Origin: a virus
Lineage: Duplodnaviria; Caudoviricetes
DNA: 37,582 nt
Reading direction: 5' to 3' (one strand)
Virus record (IMG/VR): IMGVR_UViG_3300046721_000217
Location: 1-37,582 of that record
Shown here: positions 1-8,699 of the stretch, in pieces
Position numbering within the stretch: position 1 is the stretch's first letter
Layout of the letters: each line of letters opens with the position of its first letter
Position numbers and translations under genes: made by a program
Notes under the pieces: model-generated
What the model saw: the letters and a program-made list of their open reading frames with translations, nothing else
Database searches by the model: none
What the model was told of the DNA's origin: nothing

Positions 1-385
1 GATGTTCCCGCCGCAGCAGAAGATGGTCATCGTACAGATCATGAATGCCGCCGGGATCATCATCAAAAAGTTCGTCGAGCGATTCGATATCGAGAACCTG
101 GACGAAGTCGTGCCCACGATCATGACGGCGATGCAGAACATCGGGAATGCGATGGGCATGATGGGCGGAGGCGGTATGCAGCCCGGTATGGGCGGAGGCC
201 CGCAGGGCATGATGGGAGGACCAGGTGGACAACCAGGAATGGGCGGCCCTCCCGGAATCGGCGCAGGTGGCGCTGGAGCGGTTCCTGGAGGCGGAACTCC
301 TCAACAGTCAGGTGCGGTTGGTCCGGGAGGAGAGTCCGGAAGCGATGCTTCGTCGGCAGGGCGAAGCACAGTTCCTGTCACGTAA
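1..385 (+). CDS. Portal protein, C-terminal fragment (5' partial)
   Basis: Frame open from the window edge; helical segment (KKFVERFDIENLDEVVP) then a G/P/M-rich tail; lies before scaffold and capsid. Call is positional. Confidence 0.55.
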   Translation, partial: MFPPQQKMVIVQIMNAAGIIIKKFVERFDIENLDEVVPTIMTAMQNIGNAMGMMGGGGMQPGMGGGPQGMMGGPGGQPGMGGPPGIGAGGAGAVPGGGTPQQSGAVGPGGESGSDASSAGRSTVPVT

Positions 386-458
386 ACTGGGCGAAGTGAG
401 AGACTTCGCCGCAAAGGCAAAGGAGCCAGAGAATGGCAGGCGAAACGCCAGTTATTGA
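225..458 (+). CDS. Small helical protein overlapping the portal tail
   Basis: GTG start preceded by GGGAGG; amphipathic sequence (ALERFLEAELL...MLRRQGEAQFL); sits in the usual portal-scaffold slot. Confidence 0.6.
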   Translation: MDNQEWAALPESAQVALERFLEAELLNSQVRLVREESPEAMLRRQGEAQFLSRKLGEVRDFAAKAKEPENGRRNASY

Positions 459-1233
459 CCCACGGACCGGCTTGTACACAACCGGCCGCTTCGCGGGCTT
501 CAGTGCGGAGGATGTAGCAAACTATGCGGAAACACTTGAGACGGCGAGCCGAGGCGGAAAGCCTCCTGCAGAGAGGCCACCTGCTCAGCAAGCTACTCCT
601 CCTGCTCAAGCTCCACCGCCACAGAATACTCCCGAGGCCCGCCTGGCCGCGGCGAACAACGCACGGATGGACCCTCTGAACACGGGCGTCGTCCTGCGGA
701 TGATCCAGGACGACATGGACGCGTTCAAAGCGACCGTGACGGACTACGACAAGTACGCGGAGAAGATCGAAGAGATCAAACGGAACATTCCTCCGCACCA
801 GTTGACGCAGAAGGGCCTGCACAGGCAGATCTACATCAACGTCAAGTCCAGCGACCCGGAGTTCGCGGCGCGTCTGATGGAACCCGGAGCTCCGGCAGCG
901 GAAGGGGAAGTACCGCCTGAGACGCCGCCCGCTGCTAAGACGGTTCCAGTAGCTGCTCATACGCGCACCGCGCCACAGGCGAAGCCTGTGCCACCCGCGC
1001 TGCCGCCGACACCGGGATCCAGGACCTCTGCTCCTCCTCCCGCGGCCGCAACGACGAAGCTCAAACCGAACGAGAAGATCATCAAGTTCTGCCGCGCCAC
1101 CGGGCAGGACGTTACGCAGTACCTTTCCCGTCTCGAACAGATGGGACAAACACAGGCGGACATCGACGCTCCGTCGACGGCAACACAGAGCGCGCCAAGG
1201 AGCGTTTATGACCGGTCGCTTGCCAAACGGTAG
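433..1233 (+). CDS. Probable capsid scaffolding protein
   Basis: AAGGAG RBS; P/A-rich linkers with a helical core; located between portal and capsid. Confidence 0.6.
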   Translation: MAGETPVIDPRTGLYTTGRFAGFSAEDVANYAETLETASRGGKPPAERPPAQQATPPAQAPPPQNTPEARLAAANNARMDPLNTGVVLRMIQDDMDAFKATVTDYDKYAEKIEEIKRNIPPHQLTQKGLHRQIYINVKSSDPEFAARLMEPGAPAAEGEVPPETPPAAKTVPVAAHTRTAPQAKPVPPALPPTPGSRTSAPPPAAATTKLKPNEKIIKFCRATGQDVTQYLSRLEQMGQTQADIDAPSTATQSAPRSVYDRSLAKR

Positions 1234-1627
1234 GATCGATCGCCTGTTCGTGTCGGACATGGACCCCGAGTACTACTATCGGTGGGCCAACACGAAGGAC
1301 ATCAACGTGATGTCCATGCAGCTGGACGGGTTCGAGCCCGTCATAGGGGAGGATCCGAAGATGTCCCTCACCCCCCTCCCCGTCGCAGGGCAGAGTACGG
1401 AAAACCCTGTGTCTGCCGGATCCCGCATGCGCGGTGATCTTGTCCTCATGCGAATTCGAAAGGAAGCGTACGAGGAGACAGTCGGCGAAGAACTGAGAGC
1501 GGCGAGAGACCGCCAGAACGTGTCTCTGGACACTATGGTCCAGCAGGCAAACGAAAACGCCCGAAACGCAGCGAAGCAGGCGGGATTGAAAAACGTCCCC
1601 AAGCAGCTCGTCTTCCGGGAGGAGTAG
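1208..1627 (+). CDS. Hypothetical head-module protein
   Basis: YYYRWAN...GFEPV...GDLVLMRI pattern resembles small genes found between scaffold and capsid. Confidence 0.6.
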   Translation: MTGRLPNGRIDRLFVSDMDPEYYYRWANTKDINVMSMQLDGFEPVIGEDPKMSLTPLPVAGQSTENPVSAGSRMRGDLVLMRIRKEAYEETVGEELRAARDRQNVSLDTMVQQANENARNAAKQAGLKNVPKQLVFREE

Positions 1628-1636
1628 GAGCAATTC

Positions 1637-2155
1637 ATGGCAACGCAGAGCAAGTTCCCGATGCGCGCCGTGAAGACTGTCAACGCGGTGCCGATTCCGC
1701 GCTACTCCTGGGGTGAGAAGGCTCTCAACACGCATGTTCGCGGGGCGCTGCTGTTTCTCGACACCAGCGGTCGTCTCACGGAATGCGGCGCTGACCCCGC
1801 TCTCATCGCAGGCGTAGCAACGGCACCCGGGACAAACAACGCTGTGGATTTCGCGGCCTCCGGTCTCGTGGAGATCGCCCATCCCGACGTCGTCTTCCGC
1901 GCGTACGCTGACACCAGTGCTTCCGAGGGAACTGGTGTCCTCACGACAGCTGCTATCGGCAAAGCGTACGGTGTCGCCAAAGCGGCCGCAGGCGGACTGT
2001 GGTACGTCGACATCGCCGACACGACTGCCGATCGCATGATCATCTGGGGGAGCTGGGATGAGACGGTCCCAACGCCATACGCCCTGACCGACATCCGTCC
2101 CCACGTTTACGCGTCGTTCTGCGCAGCTGTTTGCCAGACACGCGTGGGCACGTAA
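1637..2155 (+). CDS. Probable capsid decoration/cement protein
   Basis: AGGAG RBS; 172 aa, A/G/T-rich and beta-prone (ALIAGVA); directly upstream of the major capsid gene. Confidence 0.55.
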   Translation: MATQSKFPMRAVKTVNAVPIPRYSWGEKALNTHVRGALLFLDTSGRLTECGADPALIAGVATAPGTNNAVDFAASGLVEIAHPDVVFRAYADTSASEGTGVLTTAAIGKAYGVAKAAAGGLWYVDIADTTADRMIIWGSWDETVPTPYALTDIRPHVYASFCAAVCQTRVGT

Positions 2156-2167
2156 GGAGCATAGAAC

Positions 2168-3088
2168 ATGGCAGTCTCTTCAGGTCAGTTCTCCGCGCTC
2201 CTTGCACCTGGTCTCTTCGATGTGCTCTTCAACGAGATCGACGCTCAGCCGAACCAGTGGCAGGGCGTGTTCAACACCGATACCTCGGTGAGAGCGTACG
2301 AAGAGGAACTCAAGGTCGCGGGGCTCGGAACGATGGTGCCGAAGCCGGAAGGCACGGCAACGGCGTTCGACGATCCACTCATCGGATCGGCACTTCGCTA
2401 CACGCACGCATCGTACGGCCTCGGGTTCCGTATCACCCGGGAGATGTACGATGATGATCTGTACGACATCATGAGCAACATGGCCGCCGAACTGGGCCGC
2501 GCGTGCTCGTACAAGGTCGAGACGGATGCGTGGAGCGTCTTCAACAACGCGTTCAGCGCCTCGTTCGTCGGCCTGGACGGCCTCTCCCTGTGCAACACCG
2601 CGCACACCCGGCTCGACGGTGGTGCGACGATGGGCAACAGGCCGTCCACGGACGCCGACTTCTCCTTCACGTCGTATCAGGCGGGGCTGGATCACTACAA
2701 CCAGATCCTCGACGATCGCGGTCGGCCCATCGTCATGAGCCCGGCTCTGGTCATCCTGGACCCCACGTTCCAGTGGGCCGCGAAGGAGATCCTCCAGTCC
2801 GAGTACAAGCCGTACACGGAGAACAACGAGATCAACCCCCTCAAGGGCGAGGTCACCGAGTTCCTCACGTGCCGGTTCTTCACCAGCGCCCGTCAGTGGT
2901 TCCTGGTGTGCCCGCCGAAGTCGCAGAAGAAGTCGGGCGGTCACGACGCCAAGTTCTTCTGGCGTGTCCGGCCCGAGACGGCCAACGCGGACGACTTCAC
3001 GAGCGGCGATGCGCTGTTCAAGATCTACGCCCGATACTCGAAGGGCTTCTCCGAGTGGCGCGGCGTGTACGGGTCCTCTGGCGGATAA
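2168..3088 (+). CDS. Major capsid protein (HK97 fold, Mu gpT-like family)
   Basis: 306 aa with LAPGL, PKPEG, YGLGFRITREMYDDDLY, GLDGLSLCNTAH and a C-terminal WRGVYGSSG; strong AAGGAG RBS and highly biased codons. Confidence 0.88.
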   Translation: MAVSSGQFSALLAPGLFDVLFNEIDAQPNQWQGVFNTDTSVRAYEEELKVAGLGTMVPKPEGTATAFDDPLIGSALRYTHASYGLGFRITREMYDDDLYDIMSNMAAELGRACSYKVETDAWSVFNNAFSASFVGLDGLSLCNTAHTRLDGGATMGNRPSTDADFSFTSYQAGLDHYNQILDDRGRPIVMSPALVILDPTFQWAAKEILQSEYKPYTENNEINPLKGEVTEFLTCRFFTSARQWFLVCPPKSQKKSGGHDAKFFWRVRPETANADDFTSGDALFKIYARYSKGFSEWRGVYGSSGG

Positions 3089-3090
3089 CA

Positions 3091-3165
3091 TTTGAGTGGC
3101 TGGGGGCACGGACAGTCGTGCTCTCTGGGGGGTTTGCCCGATTAACCGGTTCCCAGCCACTTAAA
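3091..3165 (+). promoter_or_regulatory. Structured intergenic element 1 (multi-stem RNA or operator)
   Basis: 3091-3105 TTTGAGTGGCTGGGG pairs with 3151-3165 TCCCAGCCACTTAAA (two G-U pairs), enclosing the hairpin GCACG-gacagt-CGTGC; ends just before the AAGGAGG RBS. Confidence 0.6.
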
Positions 3166-3179
3166 CAAAGGAGGACTGA

Positions 3180-3791
3180 ATGGCAGCATCAAAGTCTCGT
3201 CGGCCCCTTGCGGGCTTTTCGCGTCAGACCCGGGAATCAAGCGCACTGGTCGGTGGTGTTCCTCTCACTGGCAAAGCCCCCGCGGGGCAAATCTTCCAGG
3301 ATGGGGACGGCAACGACTGGTACATGTGGTTCGACAACGCGGGCACGATGCGCGTTGCGGACGCAGCCACCGTTGAGGCCGCGGGCTTCAGCGCGTGGAA
3401 TACCGGGGGCGGAGTTGCTTCAGCTCGATCGGTCGGCATTCCGCTCACCGGTACCATGGTTGACCAGCACGTCTTTGTCGCGGACAGGGCGTACAAGGTA
3501 ACCGCGGTCAACGAGATCCACTCCGTTGTTGGCGGCGCCGGTGCTAACGTCCGTCCTCGTAAGATCACGGACACCTCAGCTCCCGGTGCTGTTGCAGGTG
3601 CGACGGTTAAGGAACTCACGACCGCGGTGTTCGACCTCACTGCGGTGATCAACACCACACAGACCGGGGTGCTGTCGGCAACCGCTGCCGACCTGCTCCT
3701 CGCTACGGGCGACAAGATCGCTCTGGATTTCAGCGGGACCATCACTGGTCTGGTTGGAATGCTGACGATCACACTCGCCCCCGTCGGGTAA
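3180..3791 (+). CDS. Putative virion accessory protein
   Basis: AAGGAGG RBS; T/A/G-rich beta-sandwich-like C-terminal half (LLLATGDKIALDFSG); follows the capsid gene. Confidence 0.6.
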   Translation: MAASKSRRPLAGFSRQTRESSALVGGVPLTGKAPAGQIFQDGDGNDWYMWFDNAGTMRVADAATVEAAGFSAWNTGGGVASARSVGIPLTGTMVDQHVFVADRAYKVTAVNEIHSVVGGAGANVRPRKITDTSAPGAVAGATVKELTTAVFDLTAVINTTQTGVLSATAADLLLATGDKIALDFSGTITGLVGMLTITLAPVG

Positions 3792-3800
3792 AGGGACTAA

Positions 3801-3902
3801 GGTGGACCGAGGGACCTGGGAGCGAAACGCCGACAGGTCTCCCACCAAGGTAACGTTGGGATGGGGAAACGGGGAGTGCGTTAACCGCTCCCCAACCACG
3901 TT
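3801..3902 (+). promoter_or_regulatory. Structured intergenic element 2
   Basis: Stems GGTGG/CCACC, GGGACCTG/CAGGTCTC, GCG-aaa-CGC, GGGGAGTG/CGCTCCCC and AACGT/ACGTT fill an unusually long gap in a tightly packed operon. Confidence 0.55.
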
Positions 3903-3917
3903 TAGAAGGATTACAAC

Positions 3918-4202
3918 ATGTCAGTAACACGAGGCAGCAACACAATCGTCATGACCGCCAACGGTGACTTGTTCGCCGGGCGGCTGCACATTCTCTCGAT
4001 CCACTTCTCCGGAACTGGATTGACGGTAGGCCAGCTCGTTGAGATCAAGGACATCAACGACGGCATCATGGCCGAGCACTACATCATGGCCACGTCGGAG
4101 GATGCGGACATCCTCACCGGCGCCGAGAAGTTCCTTTCGAACGGGGTCAAGCTCGTCACTGCGGCGACGGGTACGCTCAAAGTGGTCGTTCAGCTGAGGT
4201 AG
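3918..4202 (+). CDS. Small virion-associated beta protein
   Basis: GAAGGA RBS; 94 aa, beta-rich; in the structural operon. Confidence 0.6.
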   Translation: MSVTRGSNTIVMTANGDLFAGRLHILSIHFSGTGLTVGQLVEIKDINDGIMAEHYIMATSEDADILTGAEKFLSNGVKLVTAATGTLKVVVQLR

Positions 4203-4210
4203 GAACGAAC

Positions 4211-5341
4211 ATGGCACTCATCAGGCTTGACAGTTTCGGACACTACACCGACGCAGACATCACCGCGGGCAAGTGGACATCGAGGGCCGCGGGTACTGCC
4301 GGTGCCATCTGCTTCCTGATCACACCAGCGTACGGGCCAAGGGGTGGACAGGCACTGAAGCTTACTGTGACCAACCCCGCTGCCTTCAGTAGTGGGATCC
4401 TCAGCCTCGTTCCAGCGTTTCCCACCCCTTCCGGTGCTACCTTCAACTGGGGTGTGAACTTCAGGTCCGTGTCTGCGTTCTCCGCTCCCAACAGTGCAGG
4501 GACGAACCCGGACGGAGTCGGTGGCGGTGCGGGTGGGACCTCAACGCTCATCTGTCTGCGGCAGAACAGCAACAACCAGTGCTGGTTAAAGTTGGAGCCG
4601 ACCGGGAAGATCTCCTTCTGGGTCGGCTCGACGCAGATCGGGCAGACAGCGCAGCCTCTGCTCCAGAACGTGTGGCAGTACATCGAGTGGCAGGTTGTCC
4701 TGAGTGGGACTGCCACCGGGTCGGTTACGATCAAGATCGACGGCGGTCCTGCACTAGCGATGACGAACCTCATCACCCGTACGGGCTCCGTGAACGCCTG
4801 GGACGAGATTCGCTTCGGGCAGTTCACTTCCGGTGGCGCACTGGGTGTCGAGTGGTCCATGGCAGACATGTACCTCAGCGATGGTACCGGCGCCGACGGA
4901 TGGACTGGGTTGAAGGGTCCCCAGCGGGTCGATGCGACGTATCCCAACGCACCTGGTTCGAACTCCGGTTGGACCCGTTCCACAGGTGCGGATCAGTCGG
5001 CCACTGTGGACGAGGTCCTTGCAAACGGTGACACGGACTACAACTCCACGAACGTGCTGAACGCGAAGGACTCACTGAACTTCCCGTCCTTCCCCGTGTC
5101 CGGTGCGGTTGTGAACGGCATCCAGCACGTCCTACAGGCGAAGAAGACGGACGCTGGTCCCGTGGGCATCAAGGCACTGGCCAGGATCGGTGGTGTCGAC
5201 TACCTCACGGCGCAGGAACTGTTCATCCCGACGACGTACGGGTTCATGTGCTACCCACAGGGGCTGAGCCCGGCGACGGGCATTCCGTGGACTACCGCGG
5301 AGTACGACGCCGCTGAATTCGGACAACAGAAGACGACGTAA
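4211..5341 (+). CDS. Putative virion fibre/lectin-like (LamG-like) protein
   Basis: Beta-rich with QNVWQYIEWQV...TIKIDG and ADMYLSDG; ends WTTAEYDAAEFG, resembling phage carbohydrate-binding virion proteins. Confidence 0.55.
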   Translation: MALIRLDSFGHYTDADITAGKWTSRAAGTAGAICFLITPAYGPRGGQALKLTVTNPAAFSSGILSLVPAFPTPSGATFNWGVNFRSVSAFSAPNSAGTNPDGVGGGAGGTSTLICLRQNSNNQCWLKLEPTGKISFWVGSTQIGQTAQPLLQNVWQYIEWQVVLSGTATGSVTIKIDGGPALAMTNLITRTGSVNAWDEIRFGQFTSGGALGVEWSMADMYLSDGTGADGWTGLKGPQRVDATYPNAPGSNSGWTRSTGADQSATVDEVLANGDTDYNSTNVLNAKDSLNFPSFPVSGAVVNGIQHVLQAKKTDAGPVGIKALARIGGVDYLTAQELFIPTTYGFMCYPQGLSPATGIPWTTAEYDAAEFGQQKTT

Positions 5342-5929
5342 ATGGCTGATGTAAAAATCTCCGCCCTGACGGCTGCGGGTTCTGCTCTCTCGACGGACGA
5401 GGTACCCGTCAATCAGGGTGGAACCACGAAGAAGGTCACCCTGGCCCAGGTATCCGCTGCGATCGGGTCCCTGGGTGCTGGAAAGGTCGTCCAGGAGGTA
5501 TACTTCGAGACCGGTGCGTATGCCGCGGGGTCTACGATCATTCCACTGGACGATACGATCCCTCAGAACACTGAGGGCGACCAGTACATGACAGTATCGA
5601 TCACCCCGACCAGTGCGACGAATCGGCTCAAGATCGACGTAGTCTTCAACTCGATGGGTACGGCAGCAGCGATCCTGACCCTGTGCGTTTTCCAGGACGC
5701 GATCGCCAATGCAATCGCCACCACGTTCACCTACAATAGTGATGCGACGGTCGGTCAGCAGATAGTGCTCACGAAGAGGATGCTCGCAGGTACGACCAGC
5801 GCCATTACATTCAAAGTTCGAGCGGGGTATCACGTCGGTGGGACGGTTTACTTCAACGGTCAAGCTGCCGCTCGAAAGTACGGCGGCACGCTGGTGTCCT
5901 GCATCTCGGTTCAAGAGATCATCCCGTAA
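5342..5929 (+). CDS. Putative fibre/spike protein
   Basis: N-terminal MADVKISALT...DEVPVNQGGTTKKVT motif; C-terminal head-like domain (GKVVQ...SITPTSATNRLKI...ISVQEI). Confidence 0.65.
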   Translation: MADVKISALTAAGSALSTDEVPVNQGGTTKKVTLAQVSAAIGSLGAGKVVQEVYFETGAYAAGSTIIPLDDTIPQNTEGDQYMTVSITPTSATNRLKIDVVFNSMGTAAAILTLCVFQDAIANAIATTFTYNSDATVGQQIVLTKRMLAGTTSAITFKVRAGYHVGGTVYFNGQAAARKYGGTLVSCISVQEIIP

Positions 5930-6955
5930 ATGGCCGACCGGATTCTTGCGGAAACTGGCGACAAGATCCTACAGGAGGATGGAACTAGCTTCATCCGTAC
6001 TGAGGTTGGGTTCTTCGTCATCGTCAGTACGGGGGCCCGGTCCACCGACTCACTTTCAGCTACGACTCCTGCCGTTGATACCACCGGGGCAAATCTTCTC
6101 GTTGCGTTCCTCTCGAACGACGCTGCTACGATCCCAGCGGTCACGGATAGTAAAGGGAACGTCTGGGAACGGGTTACGACACTTGCGATAGCAGGTGGTG
6201 CACGGTGTACTGCCTTCGTTTCACGACCAACTAGTGTCGGTGCGAGTCACACGTTCACCTCACCTAGCATCGGCTCTGCACGATACCCGTCCATTGCCGT
6301 TCTGGCGATGCAATGGACGAATGGGATCTCCTACAACGGTCCTCCTCAATTCGTGGTCACGGGAGCGAATTCCTCTGTTATACAATTCATAGGCGTTACT
6401 CCAGATCGACCTGACTCACTTGTTGTCTTTGGTGGCTCCGCGGAGAACAACTGGGTCCCGTCGGGGGTGAGTTCGCCATTTACGGTCGATCAGGGAATCG
6501 CGGGTCTGGGAGCGATTGCCTACGGTACCTTCCTCGGGCATGTTATCCAGACGGCACCGATCGGGGCAGAACCACTCGTCACGATGACGGGTACGGGAAA
6601 CATCAACGGTATTGAGTTCGCCCTGTTGGACGCCCTTGGAGAGATGCGCGTCTCTCAGGACGTGGTTGAGACTGCCTGGCCTGGAGATACGGCGGGGCGG
6701 GTATCGCAGGATGTGGTTGAGGTTGCCCACGACGGTGCAACTGTCGGTCGCTTGTCGCAGGACGTGATCGAGACCGCACTGTGGACCCTGGGTGCGAGGG
6801 TCTCCCAGGACTGTATCGAGGTTGCATATACGATCCTAGATAAGGTTCCCCCGAAGGGTAACAACGGTCATCACGGTACACCCCAGGGCAAGAAAGCATT
6901 CAACACCTCCAACTGGATCCCCTGGTGTGAGGTTAACTTCTTCGGAGGCAACTAA
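5930..6955 (+). CDS. Putative virion protein with C-terminal RVSQD repeats
   Basis: N-terminal ILAETGDKILQEDG motif, beta-rich middle region, four R(V/L)SQD repeats. Confidence 0.6.
   Translation: MADRILAETGDKILQEDGTSFIRTEVGFFVIVSTGARSTDSLSATTPAVDTTGANLLVAFLSNDAATIPAVTDSKGNVWERVTTLAIAGGARCTAFVSRPTSVGASHTFTSPSIGSARYPSIAVLAMQWTNGISYNGPPQFVVTGANSSVIQFIGVTPDRPDSLVVFGGSAENNWVPSGVSSPFTVDQGIAGLGAIAYGTFLGHVIQTAPIGAEPLVTMTGTGNINGIEFALLDALGEMRVSQDVVETAWPGDTAGRVSQDVVEVAHDGATVGRLSQDVIETALWTLGARVSQDCIEVAYTILDKVPPKGNNGHHGTPQGKKAFNTSNWIPWCEVNFFGGN
6647..6829 (+). repeat. Four tandem 16-17 aa repeats R(V/L)SQD(V/C)(V/I)E(T/V)A
   Basis: Units start at 6647, 6698, 6749 and 6797; codons have diverged while amino acids are conserved. 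Confidence 0.85.
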
Positions 6956-7599
6956 TGCCGTCGTATGTAACACCTAAGAAGAACGCGGCGTTCATCCTAT
7001 ACGCTGCTCTCACAGCTCAGAGCGACGTGAAGACGTTGCAATCTGCACCGACCATCGTTGCAGGAGATGTGAAGGTGTCCGTTGACGGGGGCGCGTTTGC
7101 CAATCTAACCACTCTACCAACCGTGGTGCCCGGAGCCAGTGTCGCCGTGAAGGTTACACTCTCCGCGGCCGAAATGAACGGGGACAACATAATGGTCACG
7201 TTCATTGACCAGGCCGGGGCACAGTGGTGTGATTTGGCCATATCGATCCAGACGTCCGTGAAGCAGATGGACGACCTGGGCACCGAGGTCAAGCAGGACA
7301 CGATCCTGGGTGCGGTCAACTCCGTCATTACACTGCTCGGCAGCGGTCTCTCGCTCTCCACGGCGGAGAAGATTGCCATCGCAGATCAGGTCCTCACGAG
7401 GGATTGGACCTCGATCAACCCCGAAACGGTAGCGGACCGTTGTGCACTGCAGGCCCTTCGGTTCCTCCGTAACGCTTGGGCCATTGCAGACGGTACGTTG
7501 ACCGTCTCCGGAGACGACGACACTGGCGTTGCTTGGGGCAAGCCCGTTACGTTCGAAGCCCGCAACCCGGTGAACTCCATGGGCAACGACATTGGGTAG
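6955..7599 (+). CDS. Putative virion structural protein
   Basis: TAATG coupling; GDVKVSVDGGAFANL...LSAAEMNGD motif; C-terminal LTVSGDDDT. Confidence 0.6.
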   Translation: MPSYVTPKKNAAFILYAALTAQSDVKTLQSAPTIVAGDVKVSVDGGAFANLTTLPTVVPGASVAVKVTLSAAEMNGDNIMVTFIDQAGAQWCDLAISIQTSVKQMDDLGTEVKQDTILGAVNSVITLLGSGLSLSTAEKIAIADQVLTRDWTSINPETVADRCALQALRFLRNAWAIADGTLTVSGDDDTGVAWGKPVTFEARNPVNSMGNDIG

Positions 7600-7888
7600 C
7601 CTGTACCTCCTCTTCGACGGCTTTCCTCCCGTTGCCTCGGAGGCGGAGGAGATCATTGAGGAATGGTCGAAGAAGCGCCGTCGCAAGCTGCGGAAGTTCA
7701 TCTGCGGGTCCTGTGGCTTTCAGTTCTGGCAGGACCAGGTCGTTGTGCAGAATGGCCTGATCCGGTGTCAGGGTCCGAACACGAACAACTGTGTTGATCA
7801 GCCTGGGTATCGGCCCGCACGGCGTTCGCTCATGCTCCCGATTGAGAAGCCCGATCCACCGCTTCCGATCATCGATGAGGATCTCTAA
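7592..7888 (+). CDS. Small Cys-rich (zinc-ribbon) protein
   Basis: CGSCGF...GLIRC...CVDQP; precedes the adaptor gene; start codon uncertain. Confidence 0.6.
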   Translation: MGSLYLLFDGFPPVASEAEEIIEEWSKKRRRKLRKFICGSCGFQFWQDQVVVQNGLIRCQGPNTNNCVDQPGYRPARRSLMLPIEKPDPPLPIIDEDL

Positions 7889-8505
7889 TGGCAAGGCGAA
7901 TCGTATCGGACTTTGACGCTGAGATCCTCCAGAGGCTGGGAAACCGGACGGATCTCACTCCGACACAAAGGGGCTTCTTTCTCCGTGACTCCTATATGGC
8001 GGTCTCTAAGAGCTTCGATCATGTCCAGCTGCAAGGCGACGCGGCGGACACGATCGTTAACGGAAGCGATAGCCTGTCTCTTGCGGCAATCACGGACCTC
8101 TGGTGGCCGGTTCAAATACGAGATACGATTTCGGACAGGATCATCCTCCCTGCGGACAAGGACGAGATCGACAACATGCAGAAGTATCCGAGTCCCCCGA
8201 CTCGGTACTACTGGTGGAACGAGAAGTTCATTTTCGACACCCGAGCCGACAAAGTCCGGCCGGTCACGATCAAGTACAAGAAGCGGCCGGTGATGTTCAC
8301 AGCGTCACCGGTCCTGGACGAGATATACGACCAACTCCTGATCCTGAAGGCGGCGCAGATCGGGTTTGAGACGGCACGCGACCTCGAGCAGGCTGGCGGG
8401 GTGATGGGTCTCTACCGGGCGTACATCTCTGAGTACGGCTTGGTCCCCGCAGCCGAGGAGAAACTGAACGATTACCGGACCGGGTTCCGAGTGAGGTACA
8501 GGTAA
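7888..8505 (+). CDS. Probable head-to-tail adaptor (tail tubular protein A-like)
   Basis: 205 aa; helical ends with a PTRYYWW beta insert; size and position match podoviral adaptors. Confidence 0.6.
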   Translation: MARRIVSDFDAEILQRLGNRTDLTPTQRGFFLRDSYMAVSKSFDHVQLQGDAADTIVNGSDSLSLAAITDLWWPVQIRDTISDRIILPADKDEIDNMQKYPSPPTRYYWWNEKFIFDTRADKVRPVTIKYKKRPVMFTASPVLDEIYDQLLILKAAQIGFETARDLEQAGGVMGLYRAYISEYGLVPAAEEKLNDYRTGFRVRYR

Positions 8506-8690
8506 TGGGACTGCTACAACTCGTGATCATTCTGTGCATCGTCGGCGCGGTCGTCTGGCTGATCGAGACCGCCCCGTTCATCTCTGAGTCGATGAAGCCG
8601 ATCATTCGGTGGCTGATCATAGCTATCGTGATCATCTGGTTGATATCCGTCTTCGTGGGGGACATTCCGCTCCCACGCTTCCGTAGATAG
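8505..8690 (+). CDS. Small two-TM membrane protein (Thivi_2564-like; holin candidate)
   Basis: Two hydrophobic helices and a basic C-terminus (PRFRR). Confidence 0.65.
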   Translation: MGLLQLVIILCIVGAVVWLIETAPFISESMKPIIRWLIIAIVIIWLISVFVGDIPLPRFRR

Positions 8691-8699
8691 GAGTCCTGC

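Noticed and set aside
2180-3160. Long antisense ORFs (e.g. 2180-3160, 301-1260, 1112-2104, 31342-32274, 28229-29068)
   Set aside because: They are shadow frames of GC-biased real genes, with no recognisable motifs.
2503-3501. T7 10B-style capsid frameshift extension
   Set aside because: No clear slippery site at the capsid end. The open alternate frame gives an unconvincing peptide, and the frame of the next gene has a TGA at 3093.
3791-3917. tRNA, preQ1 riboswitch or hammerhead ribozyme in the intergenic gaps
   Set aside because: No T-loop GTTCRA, no preQ1 A-rich tail consensus and no CUGANGA core seen.
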